Assembly: GCA_965279515.1 (NCBI GenBank)
Contig: CBDIID010000003.1
Span: 512,001-576,000, forward strand
Direction: 5' to 3'
Origin: Turneriella sp.
GTDB taxonomy: Bacteria; Spirochaetota; Leptospiria; Turneriellales; Turneriellaceae
Length of the DNA stretch: 64,000 nt
The position numbers were made by a program, and so were the translations under genes. Positions 16,334-25,824 of this stretch are shown piece after piece. The first letter of the stretch is position 1. Every line of letters begins with the position of its first letter. Below the pieces are notes generated by a model. That model was not told the origin of the DNA and did no database searches. It saw only the letters and a program-made list of their open reading frames with translations.

Positions 16334-17383
16334 TCAAACCCACGCCATCGTCGGCGGTATAAACTCAGAAAGCGGTGCAGGGATAATTTCCCCGCCCGCT
16401 TCGAGAGCTTTACTCAGCCGCACGTGGCAGTGCTCGAGAAACAAGACAAAATCCGGCTGGTCGATTAAGAGCTGAATCTCAGCAACGGCATGCAGTTTAT
16501 CGAGCCCCTTCGCCAGCAGCGAATGCGCACCGAGTAGATTCGGTACCGTAAAAATCTTGTAGAAGGCCATCGCCACCTGGATCATTGCGTGAAAAAAAAT
16601 CCGCAGTGAACCCGGTGGCATCTCATGCCAGAACATCTCCCACACCTCGTGCGCTTCCCAGTAGCGGCGTTCGTGAAAGGCCAGCCAGCCGAGCTTGAAG
16701 CCCAGCGGCCAGGCTGCAAGGTCGCGTTTTTTCTCTACCCGTTTTCGGAATTCATCGGGGCTGATATCCTCAAAGCGTTCACCCAGAACTTGCGAGAACT
16801 TTTCAAACACAACCGGTAAAGCCGGGGCGGCAATGAAATCGGCCATGCGGGTCATTGGTAAAGTGAGGCCGCAGGATTGAATGGCGCGGAAATCATTCAG
16901 TTCGTTCGCAGCATTCAGCGAAATGCCATGGTAAATGAAGTTTTTTTTCAAACCGAGGCCGATAAAAGCGATTTTTCCCCGATCTGTGAATATACCGCTC
17001 GCCCCCGGTGAAAAGTTCACAGCGATATTCATATCGAGCAGTGTTTCCGCAAGCGCGGCTTCGAGCACGCGCACGAATCTCTCGAGTCCGCCTTCCACGG
17101 CCTTTAACGGAAAAGTAAAATAGACCACGAGCTGGCCCGGGTTATGCAAGGTGACAGATCCACCGCGGCGGGCGGGCTGCAGCTTCACCGAAGGGTCGAG
17201 AATGTGGCCGGCTTCGGTTTTAAGGCCTGTGGTATAGACGAGCGGGTGTTCGAGGCCCCAGATGTGCGCGGTGTCTTCGGCGGAATCGGCGATGGTTTTT
17301 TCCATGAGTGCCACGGCTTCGGCATACGCGATAGATCCTATAAATTCGGAATGGATTTTAAGTGGAAATTTAAGAACGTTCAA
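16334..17383 (-). CDS. lipB: Octanoyltransferase LipB fused to a DUF309 domain
   Basis: EHPLVYTTG, RGGSVTLHNPGQLV, KIAFIG, HGISLN, SCGL; C-terminal FHERRYWEAHEVWE...IQVAMA. Confidence 0.85.
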   Translation of the reverse strand: MNVLKFPLKIHSEFIGSIAYAEAVALMEKTIADSAEDTAHIWGLEHPLVYTTGLKTEAGHILDPSVKLQPARRGGSVTLHNPGQLVVYFTFPLKAVEGGLERFVRVLEAALAETLLDMNIAVNFSPGASGIFTDRGKIAFIGLGLKKNFIYHGISLNAANELNDFRAIQSCGLTLPMTRMADFIAAPALPVVFEKFSQVLGERFEDISPDEFRKRVEKKRDLAAWPLGFKLGWLAFHERRYWEAHEVWEMFWHEMPPGSLRIFFHAMIQVAMAFYKIFTVPNLLGAHSLLAKGLDKLHAVAEIQLLIDQPDFVLFLEHCHVRLSKALEAGGEIIPAPLSEFIPPTMAWV

Positions 17384-17448
17384 CTCCCTGCCTGTCCGGA
17401 TTAGGAACGCAGGGAGTCAAATAGTTCAAAGCAAACGTTCAGAGATTT

Positions 17449-17507
17449 ACCAAGGCGACACGGTGAGCACGGGGTTCTTCCGCCGTGTTCTCCGTGCGCG
17501 CCGTGGT
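17449..17507. repeat. 9-bp-period palindromic repeat (CACGG / CCGTG units)
   Basis: ACCAAGGCG ACACGGTGA GCACGG ... CCGTGTTCT CCGTGCGCG CCGTGGT. Confidence 0.7.
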
Positions 17508-17578
17508 TAGCCGTTTCTGTGGCCTTCGGCCAGCGGCTCGCCATCCATGGCGCCGCCGGCCCTGCGACATCCCTGTCG

Positions 17579-17947
17579 CTAGGCAGCTTGCTTGACGAAC
17601 TCGGGGTCTGGCCGACGCTTGAGGTCAGACACCGTGATCGCCCGTGCGATCAGCTTGAACGTCGAGCGTGTTTTACCGTCGGGGGTTTTCCAGCGGCGCT
17701 GGGTCAGCGTTCCCATGAGCACAATCTCCATGCCTTTTTTCAGGCGCGGCGCATTGTAGTCGGCGAGCCTTTCCCATGCCTCGACGTCGATAAAATTCGA
17801 TGTCGACCCTGCGTCATCGGTCTTATTCGCTGTGTTGTACGCGAACGGGAAGTTCATGACGAGCTTACCGGTTGTTGTGGTTTTGAGCACGGGGTCCTTG
17901 ACGAGACGGCCCACGAACTGCTGGATATTCATTCGACTGTTAAACAT
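17579..17947 (-). CDS. ssb: Short single-stranded DNA-binding protein
   Basis: VGRLVKDP, FIDVEAW, KKG...GTLTQRRW..DGKTRS; GAGG RBS. Confidence 0.88.
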   Translation of the reverse strand: MFNSRMNIQQFVGRLVKDPVLKTTTTGKLVMNFPFAYNTANKTDDAGSTSNFIDVEAWERLADYNAPRLKKGMEIVLMGTLTQRRWKTPDGKTRSTFKLIARAITVSDLKRRPDPEFVKQAA

Positions 17948-18068
17948 TTTTTCCTCTTGTTACACATTTTAGTTTGAGGGATTTCCCTCTATATATTAAA
18001 TACCAGCGAAGGCCGGTTTTTTCTCATATTCCTGCAAAAAAAAGGTGCCTTTGCGGTTCTGCGTTTTC

Positions 18069-18097
18069 TTGCCAAAAACGGCTAATAGGTGTATATT
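18069..18097 (+). promoter_or_regulatory. Sigma70-like promoter of the glutathione cluster
   Basis: TTGCCA-17bp-TATATT, 10 bp before the grx ATG. Confidence 0.55.
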
Positions 18098-18107
18098 CAC
18101 GGTGAAA

Positions 18108-18356
18108 ATGGCGCACAATCTCGTGCTCTACCACTACGACGGCTGCGGTCCCTGCCGGCGCGTGAAAGATACTCTGAAAGAGTTGGGACTCAATATTGAA
18201 TGGCGCGACATACACCAAAGCGAAGCAGCCTTGAACGAACTTTTAACCGTGGGCAAATTGCAACAGGTACCCTGCCTTTTCATTGATGGCAAACCGCTAT
18301 ATGAATCCGCTGATATTATCCGCTGGTTGCGCGAGAATTACGGCAAGGCAGCATAA
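18108..18356 (+). CDS. Dithiol glutaredoxin-like protein
   Basis: CGPC, QVPCLFIDG, ESADII. Confidence 0.88.
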   Translation: MAHNLVLYHYDGCGPCRRVKDTLKELGLNIEWRDIHQSEAALNELLTVGKLQQVPCLFIDGKPLYESADIIRWLRENYGKAA

Positions 18357-18358
18357 CC

Positions 18359-18586
18359 ATGGTTGATCCGCAGGAAATCCACCGTCTGATCTTAGAGGCC
18401 TTGCCGGGCGCGACGGTTGAGGTTCTCGACCCCATGAACGACGGCGACCATCTGCAGGCGACAGTCATCTCTGATAAATTTGTGGGATTACCCCTCGTGA
18501 AGCAGCACAAGATCGTTATGGAAGCCCTGCGCGAGCCTCTGCAAGGCCGCCTGCACGCATTACAACTTAAGACAATGACACCATAA
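18359..18586 (+). CDS. bolA: BolA/IbaG family protein
   Basis: DGDHL...[13 protein letters not shown]...LHALQLKT. Confidence 0.92.
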   Translation: MVDPQEIHRLILEALPGATVEVLDPMNDGDHLQATVISDKFVGLPLVKQHKIVMEALREPLQGRLHALQLKTMTP

Positions 18587-18597
18587 AGCAGGAAAAA

Positions 18598-18909
18598 ATG
18601 ACAACAGAAGAAATGAAAGAAAAAATCGCACAGGATGTAAAAGAAAACCCCGTTGTGCTGTTTATGAAAGGCAACAAGGAATTCCCCCAGTGCGGTTTTT
18701 CGGCGCGCGTGGTGCAGATTCTGAACCAGCACGAGGCAAATTTTGTGACGCGCGACGTGCTGGCCGACCCGGTGCTGCGCGAGGCCATCAAACAATTCTC
18801 TGACTGGCCAACGCTGCCGCAACTCTACATCAAAGGCGAATTTGTCGGCGGCTGCGACATTGTAACAGAAATGGCGCAGAAGAACGAGCTCGCAGCGCTT
18901 TTGAAATAG
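18598..18909 (+). CDS. grxD: Monothiol glutaredoxin Grx4
   Basis: [29 protein letters not shown]. Confidence 0.96.
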   Translation: MTTEEMKEKIAQDVKENPVVLFMKGNKEFPQCGFSARVVQILNQHEANFVTRDVLADPVLREAIKQFSDWPTLPQLYIKGEFVGGCDIVTEMAQKNELAALLK

Positions 18910-18913
18910 GCCT

Positions 18914-20164
18914 GTGAACGCTTTGCTGCAAAAAAAGATCATCGCGGCATTGCCGCGCATCGAAGAGTGGCTGCATTCTTTAGAGCAAGATGTACCCTTG
19001 TTCATGTCTGCCGACATCCGCGACGCCGGGTTTAAGGTTGCCTCGATTGATGCCAACCTTTACCCCGCAGGCTTCAACAACCTGCATGAGGATTTCCATC
19101 CGCTGGCAGTGGAAAACCTGAGGGCAGGCCTTTTACACTATGGTGTGAAACCCGGCAGCCGCGTACTCATTATCAGCGAAGAGCATACACGCAACCTGTT
19201 CTACCTCGAAAACATTCATGTACTCAAATCCCTGATTGAAAAAGCCGGGTACACGGCAGATGTTGCTACTGCATTCGAACTTGAGGAAGAACTCTACAAG
19301 GACAACGCGGCGCATCTGCAGAGTGCACGCGGCAATGTCGTCAGCCTCATGAACCCTGTCTATGCGGCAACGCGTCTCGGCGACTATGCGGCCATCGTGA
19401 TGAACCATGATTCTTCTGCCGGTACCCCCGCCTGGATACAGAACGCCACAATTCCCGTATTGCCGGCATGGCAGGCGGGTTGGCATACACGCAGCAAGGC
19501 GCGGCATTTTGCCCATTATAAGCTGCTGATGAATGAGCTCGCCGGTATCGTCGGCGTCGATCCGTGGTTTTTCTCGCCGCTCGACGCGCATATCACGGGC
19601 GTCGACATCAATGCCGACGCTTCGCGCGCTGACATCGGCGCCAAGGCTGAAATCCTGCTGAAAGAAATTCAGGCAAAGTACGACGAGTACCAGATTCAGG
19701 AAAAGCCTTTTGTCTTTCTGAAATCCGACCACGGCACGTATGGCATGGCGATGTTGTCGTTCGATAACGCCGCGGAAATTCTCGACATCAACCGCAAAGA
19801 GAAGAACAAGCTCTTCAAGGGCAAAAGCTCGGTGGTTGTGAAAGACTATTTGCTGCAGGAAGGCGTGCCGACGATCGTGAAAGACGGTTCGTATTACGCC
19901 GAAAGCGTGATCATGCTTGCGAACAATCACTTCATTGGCAAATTTGCCCGTGTGAACGAACAAAAGGACGCACGTACCAGCCTCAACAGTACAGGCATGT
20001 ATTTCAAACCGCTGCCCCTTGCCGAATGCCAGAATGACGAAACGATCGTTGCCACGCTGATCACCCGCGTTGCCGGAATCGCCTTGCAGAGAGAGATCGG
20101 CGAATTGGTTACGCCCGAGGACAAGGACGTCCCGGGTCTGCGCGGCGCACGAAGCGCCTCTTAG
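18914..20164 (+). CDS. gshA: Glutamate--cysteine ligase, divergent ATP-grasp-like GshA family
   Basis: SADIRDAGFKVASIDANLYPAGFNNL, EEHTRN.FY, KSDHGTYGM, LLQEGV; adjacent to gshB. Confidence 0.85.
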   Translation: MNALLQKKIIAALPRIEEWLHSLEQDVPLFMSADIRDAGFKVASIDANLYPAGFNNLHEDFHPLAVENLRAGLLHYGVKPGSRVLIISEEHTRNLFYLENIHVLKSLIEKAGYTADVATAFELEEELYKDNAAHLQSARGNVVSLMNPVYAATRLGDYAAIVMNHDSSAGTPAWIQNATIPVLPAWQAGWHTRSKARHFAHYKLLMNELAGIVGVDPWFFSPLDAHITGVDINADASRADIGAKAEILLKEIQAKYDEYQIQEKPFVFLKSDHGTYGMAMLSFDNAAEILDINRKEKNKLFKGKSSVVVKDYLLQEGVPTIVKDGSYYAESVIMLANNHFIGKFARVNEQKDARTSLNSTGMYFKPLPLAECQNDETIVATLITRVAGIALQREIGELVTPEDKDVPGLRGARSAS

Positions 20165-20175
20165 CGCAGACCACG

Positions 20176-21108
20176 ATGAACCTTGCTTTTCTGATCGACC
20201 CGCCTGAATCTCTGCACATCGAGAAAGATACCTCGTTTGCGCTGATGCTCGAGGCGCAGAAACGCGGCCACAGTATTTACGTGCTTGAGCGCGGCGACCT
20301 CAGCCTCAGTGAGGGAGAATTAACCACACGGGCGCGCGCAGCCAATGTTGTCGATCATCCGGAACATCCTTTTACGTTATCCGCTCACCAAAACCACAGC
20401 GCCGACTTCTTTGATATTCTGTTTATCCGCACAGACCCTCCCTTTAATACAGATTATATTACCGACACCTGGCTGCTTTCGCAAGCCGGCAAGAAACCGG
20501 TGGTTCTGAACAGCCCGCATGGCCTGCGTACCATCAACGAGAAGATCTGGGCGGCGCAGTTTTCGGACTTCACGCCGACCACGCTCATTACCGCTGATAT
20601 TTCAGAGTATAAAGAATTTTTACACAAACACGAAACCGTTGTGGTAAAACCCACCGACGGTTTTGGCGGTTCGGCGGTTTTTATCGTCAAGGCCGGCGAC
20701 AAGAATGCGGCAGTCGTTTTTGAGACGTTGCAGAAGACAAGCCGCTATGTGATTGTGCAGGCTTATCTGCCGGCAGCCGTCGATGGCGACAAACGTATCC
20801 TGCTACTCAATGGCGAAATCTTAGGTGCTGTACTGCGCCACCACAGCGGCGAAGACCACCGCAACAATTTTGCGGCGGGCGGTAAGGCCCAGAAGGCACA
20901 CATCACCGCTACAGACAAGGCGATATGCGCGGCACTGAAACCCCACCTCAATCAACTGGGTATCTTTTTTGCTGGGATAGACATCATCGGGCGCAAGCTC
21001 ATCGAAGTCAACGTCACCTCGCCCACGTGCCTCAGGGAAATGCAGCGCTTTTATACTGAAAATCTTGCAGAGAAGGTCATCATCGCCGCTGAGAAAAAAG
21101 CGGCTTAA
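20176..21108 (+). CDS. gshB: Glutathione synthetase
   Basis: KDTSFALM, RTDPPF, NEK, GDKRI, GIDIIG, EVNVTSPT. Confidence 0.95.
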   Translation: MNLAFLIDPPESLHIEKDTSFALMLEAQKRGHSIYVLERGDLSLSEGELTTRARAANVVDHPEHPFTLSAHQNHSADFFDILFIRTDPPFNTDYITDTWLLSQAGKKPVVLNSPHGLRTINEKIWAAQFSDFTPTTLITADISEYKEFLHKHETVVVKPTDGFGGSAVFIVKAGDKNAAVVFETLQKTSRYVIVQAYLPAAVDGDKRILLLNGEILGAVLRHHSGEDHRNNFAAGGKAQKAHITATDKAICAALKPHLNQLGIFFAGIDIIGRKLIEVNVTSPTCLREMQRFYTENLAEKVIIAAEKKAA

Positions 21109-21114
21109 GGAAAT

Positions 21115-22035
21115 ATGAACGCTATTGAAATAAACGGACTCAAAAAGACTTATGGGGGCAAATTTGAAGCCCTGAAAGGCGTCGATCTCAACGTCACGGA
21201 GGGAGACTTCTTCGCCCTGCTCGGCCCCAACGGCGCGGGTAAATCGACGCTCATCGGCATTCTCGCCTCGCTCGTCATCAAGACCCAGGGGCTCGTCAAG
21301 ATAATGGGCGTCGATATCGACAAAGACAGTGCGCGCGCCAAATCGTTCCTCGGCCTGGTGCCGCAAGAGTTCAACCTCAACATTTTTGAGCCGCCGATGC
21401 AGATTCTCGTGAATCAGGCCGGCTATTATGGCATTCCGGTCAGCATCGCTAAAAAGCGCGCAGAAAAATACCTCACGCAGCTCGGCATCATGGATAAGGC
21501 CGAAACGCCGACGCGTATGCTCTCGGGCGGCATGAAACGCCGGCTGATGATCGCGCGCGCGCTCATCCACGAGCCGGCTATCCTCATCCTCGACGAGCCG
21601 ACGGCGGGTGTCGATATCGAACTCAGGAAACTGATTTGGAATTTCCTCGTCGAACGCAATGAGGCGGGTACGACGATTATTCTCACCACGCATTATCTCG
21701 AAGAGGCCGAAAATTTATGCCGCAATATCGCCATCATCGACAACGGCACCATCATCGCCAACACGCAGATGAAGAAGTTGTTATCGAAACTCGACCAGCA
21801 GACTTATCTCGTCGATCTCACCAAAGCCACTAAAAAAGCGCCTGCTTTGAAACACTTCACGGCGACGCGCGTCGACGACTACACGCTGGAGATTCCCGTG
21901 AAACGCGGGCAGCCCATGAATGCACTGTTCGCAGAATTCGCCACAAAAAAAATTGCGGTAGCAAACATCCGTGAAAAAACCAACAGGCTGGAGCAATTGT
22001 TCCTCGACCTCACAGGTAAGGCGAAAGTAGCATGA
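21115..22035 (+). CDS. ABC-2 exporter ATPase (YadG-like)
   Basis: GPNGAGKST, LSGGMKRR, LILDEPTAGVD. Confidence 0.92.
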   Translation: MNAIEINGLKKTYGGKFEALKGVDLNVTEGDFFALLGPNGAGKSTLIGILASLVIKTQGLVKIMGVDIDKDSARAKSFLGLVPQEFNLNIFEPPMQILVNQAGYYGIPVSIAKKRAEKYLTQLGIMDKAETPTRMLSGGMKRRLMIARALIHEPAILILDEPTAGVDIELRKLIWNFLVERNEAGTTIILTTHYLEEAENLCRNIAIIDNGTIIANTQMKKLLSKLDQQTYLVDLTKATKKAPALKHFTATRVDDYTLEIPVKRGQPMNALFAEFATKKIAVANIREKTNRLEQLFLDLTGKAKVA

Positions 22036-22808
22036 GCCGCGCTGATTTTATTGGCTTCTACACAATTCTCCGCAAGGAATACATCCGCATTGTGCGCATC
22101 TGGTCGCAGACGCTGTTGCCGCCAGTGATGAATGTCGCTCTCTACCTTTTGATCTTCGGCGCCTTCATGGGCACGCGCATCGGCAAGGTCGGAGAGAACT
22201 CGTATGCGAGCTTTATCATTCCGGGCCTGATTCTCATGGCGGTGATAACCAACGCCTACGGCAATGTCTCGACTTCATTCTTCAGTGCAAAATTCCAGAA
22301 GAACATCGAAGAGATTCTTGTCTCACCGATTCCCGAATGGCTGATCGTCTTGGGCTTCACGTTCGGCGGTATCATCCGCGGCACACTGGTTGCGCTTTGC
22401 GTCTTCCTCGTGGTGTTGATAGCCCCCGGCATCCAGCTCAAACTGCAGAATCCCGTGTTTGCTATCCTGCTTCTTTTTCTCACCGCATCGTTCTTCTCGC
22501 TTGCCGGACTCTTAAACGCGATGTTTGCGAAGAAGTTCGACGACGTCAGTTTCATACCGACGTTCGTACTGACGCCGCTGACCTACCTCGGCGGTATTTT
22601 TTACCCGCTTTCGAGCCTGCCTGAGCTTTGGCAAAAGATCGCAGCAGCGAACCCCATTCAGCATATCGTCAGTGCCTTGCGTTATGCCTTTCTCGGCACC
22701 TCTGATCTGCCCTGGTGGCCGGCTGTGCTGTTTCTGGTTGCGGGCAACGCCGTGCTCTACCTCATCTGCCTGCGCTACCTGAAAAAAGGTCTTGGGATCA
22801 GAAACTAG
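22032..22808 (+). CDS. ABC-2 exporter permease (YadH-like)
   Basis: RIWSQTLLPP, NAYGNVSTSFF, PTFVLTPLTYLGG. Confidence 0.92.
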   Translation: MSRADFIGFYTILRKEYIRIVRIWSQTLLPPVMNVALYLLIFGAFMGTRIGKVGENSYASFIIPGLILMAVITNAYGNVSTSFFSAKFQKNIEEILVSPIPEWLIVLGFTFGGIIRGTLVALCVFLVVLIAPGIQLKLQNPVFAILLLFLTASFFSLAGLLNAMFAKKFDDVSFIPTFVLTPLTYLGGIFYPLSSLPELWQKIAAANPIQHIVSALRYAFLGTSDLPWWPAVLFLVAGNAVLYLICLRYLKKGLGIRN

Positions 22809-22841
22809 ATGACAGGCCGCCGGGGCGGCTCGCGTTAGCCG

Positions 22842-23624
22842 ATGGAGATTCTGCGCTGGCAGGTTGGCAACACTCTCAAAAACTACGAGTATATTCTCTG
22901 CGATGCGCAGAAAAACGCCGTGTTGCTTGATCCACTCGACACGGCGGAAATTGCAAATTTGGTAGAGAGCCAGAAGCTCAAGGTCAAGGCGATCCTGATC
23001 TCGCACGAACACAATGACCATGCGGCAGAAGCCTTGCCCATGCAGCAAAAGTACGGCGTCCCCGTCTATACATCCCCCGCCAATATTTCCCTCATCAAAG
23101 CCAGGGCGACGGCCGTTGCCGATGGCGGCATGGTGCCGCTTACGGGCGAGCTCAAAATTAAACTGCATGTCACGCCGGGCCACACCGTGGGCCATGCGGC
23201 ATTCGAGGTGAATGGTTTTCTCTTCAGCGGGGATTGCCTCTTTCACGGCGGCTGCGGGCACTGCCGCCTGCCGGGCGCGAATGTCGAAGAGCATTTCCGC
23301 ACATTTTCAGAGCGGCTCACGAAATTATCGCCCGACCTCATTATCATGCCGGGCCACTATTATGCCGCGCGTAACCTCGATTTCAGCCTGCATGTCGAGC
23401 CGCAGAATGCCCGTGCGCGCGCGCTGCGCGCAAAACTCATAACCGAGCAAGACGAACTCGGCCATGAAACGACGCTGAAACAGGAAAAAGAATATAATCC
23501 GTTCATGCGTTTAACGAGCCGTCAGCTACGTGCGCGCGTCGCCGAGCTGACGGGGCGCAACCTCGCCGAGGCCAACGATTTAGCGGTATTTACTGAGCTT
23601 CGCTCGCTGCGCGATAAATGGTAA
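22842..23624 (+). CDS. gloB: Hydroxyacylglutathione hydrolase (glyoxalase II)
   Basis: SHEHNDH, TPGHT.GH, FSGDCLF.GGCG, EKEYNPFMR, LRSLRD. Confidence 0.9.
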   Translation: MEILRWQVGNTLKNYEYILCDAQKNAVLLDPLDTAEIANLVESQKLKVKAILISHEHNDHAAEALPMQQKYGVPVYTSPANISLIKARATAVADGGMVPLTGELKIKLHVTPGHTVGHAAFEVNGFLFSGDCLFHGGCGHCRLPGANVEEHFRTFSERLTKLSPDLIIMPGHYYAARNLDFSLHVEPQNARARALRAKLITEQDELGHETTLKQEKEYNPFMRLTSRQLRARVAELTGRNLAEANDLAVFTELRSLRDKW

Positions 23625-23655
23625 CATTTCAGGTTAGCGGATTGGGACCGGTTTA

Positions 23656-24195
23656 ATGGAGCTCCCCGCTATGCCCGTCCGCTTTGTTTTGTTATGGATT
23701 TCAGCGCTCTGCGTTGCACCCGCAGACGCGCAGAAATTTATAGAAATCGAACATAAGCCGGGTTGGTCTAACCTGGGCAATACATCGACCCTCCGCCGCA
23801 GCGACGGGCTTTTCGCAGAATCAAACTCGTTTGGCATTGCCGATATACGTCCGCTGGTTAGCGAAAACTCCACTGCCCTTACGCATGCACAGACATCCGC
23901 GGAGCAAAACCGCATTGCCAGCATCTGGTTCTGGTCAACGGTGCCCGTCGGCTTCGGCGCCCGGCTGGCAACGTATCCGCTCGTTGAACTCGATGTCATT
24001 ACCCGCCAAACAGGCTGGATTATCTTCGGTTCAGGCATTGCGGTCAGCCTCATCGGCGCGGTTATCTCGCTGCACTATTTCAACAATGCAAAATTCTCGA
24101 TGTACCTGGGCATCAAGGAATACAACCACCCGACTTCAGTCAGCGAACCGCGAGCCTCTGCGTATTTCGGCGGCCTGACCTTTCGGTTGCGTTAG
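23656..24195 (+). CDS. Hypothetical exported/membrane protein
   Basis: Signal-like N-terminus and internal hydrophobic segments. Confidence 0.55.
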   Translation: MELPAMPVRFVLLWISALCVAPADAQKFIEIEHKPGWSNLGNTSTLRRSDGLFAESNSFGIADIRPLVSENSTALTHAQTSAEQNRIASIWFWSTVPVGFGARLATYPLVELDVITRQTGWIIFGSGIAVSLIGAVISLHYFNNAKFSMYLGIKEYNHPTSVSEPRASAYFGGLTFRLR

Positions 24196-24201
24196 TTATG
24201 T

Positions 24202-25671
24202 TTAGCTAGGCGCTTTCCAGCCGCCGAACTGGCTTTCGAGAAAGGTGCCGACGGCCATCGCGACATGGTCGTTGAAATGGTTCGCCACGACCTGTATTCC
24301 CGTTGGCAGGCCATTTTTATCAAAACCCATCGGCACCTGCGTGACGGGCAGCTCGAGTACGTTAAAAAGCGCGGTATAGACGAAGTCGAGGGGCCTGAGC
24401 AGTGGCATGTTGTGCCGCGGAGCCGTCGTGGTATACGTCGGGCAAAGGAACACACCATCTTCGCCTAAAAGATCGGTGAAATATGTTCTGAGCTCGGCGA
24501 CATGGCCGAGATAGTGCGCTTTCATCTGCTGCGGCATGTCGGCCAATTCTTCAATCAGGGCCAAAGCGTTTGCGGGCAGGGAGAAATCCGACTCGCCAAA
24601 AAAACTCTTCGCAAGTTCAAGACCAAAGTTCACTTTTTTGCCGGCACTCAAAAGTTCGTCGAATGAGGATTTACTGCCGCCTGCCATGCGTGTCGCCCAG
24701 AGCTGCAGTGCTTCACCCATGTACTTATGTTTGGCTTCGGCGACCGGGCGTTCCGTGATCTGGCTTAGACGCGCAACAGCCGCGCGCACCGCTTCTTTCA
24801 TTTCTTTCTGCACCGGCGTCGCATAGAGAAAGGGCAGCTGCTCCTGGTAAAAAACGCGCAGCTTGCTGATCTTGACATCCGCTGGATTTTTGAGCTCCGC
24901 CGTGACTGTGCCCGAATCAATGCCGTCGGGCCCCGCGAGAATTTTCACGAGCGGATAGAGATCTTCGGCGCGGCGCGTGAGCGGCCCCGAGGCCAGAAGT
25001 TTGACGCCATCGCCGTCGGGAAAGGGAAACTGGCCGCTACCCGGCACAAGGCCGCCTGTGGGTTTGTGCCCGAAGATACCATTGAAGAAGGCCGGCAGGC
25101 GGATCGAGCCGCCGATATCGGCACCGAGCCCCAGGGGCGAGGCGCCGCTGCCGATGATGGCGCCCTCACCGCCCGAGCTGCCCCCGGCGATATGTTTTGT
25201 GCTGTAGGCATTGTTGGTGCGGCCATAGACCTGGTTATTCGATTCCATCCACATGCCGAGCTCAGAAAGATTGGTAAAACCAAGGGGAATGAGGCCAGCT
25301 GCTTTGAGGCGCGCGACGGCCGTGGCGTCTTTTTCCGCAATGAAATCGCGGCGCGAGACCTGCCCGCCACTCTGCACCTCGCCAGCGAAGGCAAAATTTT
25401 CTTTGAGTGTGCAGGGCACGCCGAGATAGGGCGGCAGGTCGCTTTCACCCTTTGCAATACGGCTGTCGGCGATGCGGGCATCTTCGCGCGCTGCGGCAAA
25501 CCGCTGGTTCACGACTGCATTGAGGCGGGGATTAACCGCCTGAATAAGCTCAATATGTGCTTCGACAAGGTCAACCGAGCTTACCGCGCGGCTGCGTATG
25601 AGTTCAGCCATCTTGAGGCCTGAAAGGCCGGAATATTTGGTGCCCGTGAGGCTCTCTGTAGCGGTTGGCAT
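24202..25671 (-). CDS. Amidase-signature family protein (FAAH2-like)
   Basis: GVPCTLKE, GGSSGGEG, GADIGGSIRLPA; start moved to MPTATE. Confidence 0.92.
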   Translation of the reverse strand: MPTATESLTGTKYSGLSGLKMAELIRSRAVSSVDLVEAHIELIQAVNPRLNAVVNQRFAAAREDARIADSRIAKGESDLPPYLGVPCTLKENFAFAGEVQSGGQVSRRDFIAEKDATAVARLKAAGLIPLGFTNLSELGMWMESNNQVYGRTNNAYSTKHIAGGSSGGEGAIIGSGASPLGLGADIGGSIRLPAFFNGIFGHKPTGGLVPGSGQFPFPDGDGVKLLASGPLTRRAEDLYPLVKILAGPDGIDSGTVTAELKNPADVKISKLRVFYQEQLPFLYATPVQKEMKEAVRAAVARLSQITERPVAEAKHKYMGEALQLWATRMAGGSKSSFDELLSAGKKVNFGLELAKSFFGESDFSLPANALALIEELADMPQQMKAHYLGHVAELRTYFTDLLGEDGVFLCPTYTTTAPRHNMPLLRPLDFVYTALFNVLELPVTQVPMGFDKNGLPTGIQVVANHFNDHVAMAVGTFLESQFGGWKAPS

Positions 25672-25824
25672 GTGCTGAACCGGTATCCGGCTACAGAAGT
25701 TCAAGTGATTTACACCCTGTATAAAACGTCTGTTTTGGCTTGGGTTCCGGGGCAAAACAATTTGCGGTCGGGAGTTATTAGTTTATATATATTCGCTCCA
25801 ACGGACTAATGTAAAGTATAACGA

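Noticed and set aside
17519..17977. 152-aa plus-strand ORF
   Set aside because: Antisense to ssb and starts within repeat hairpins.
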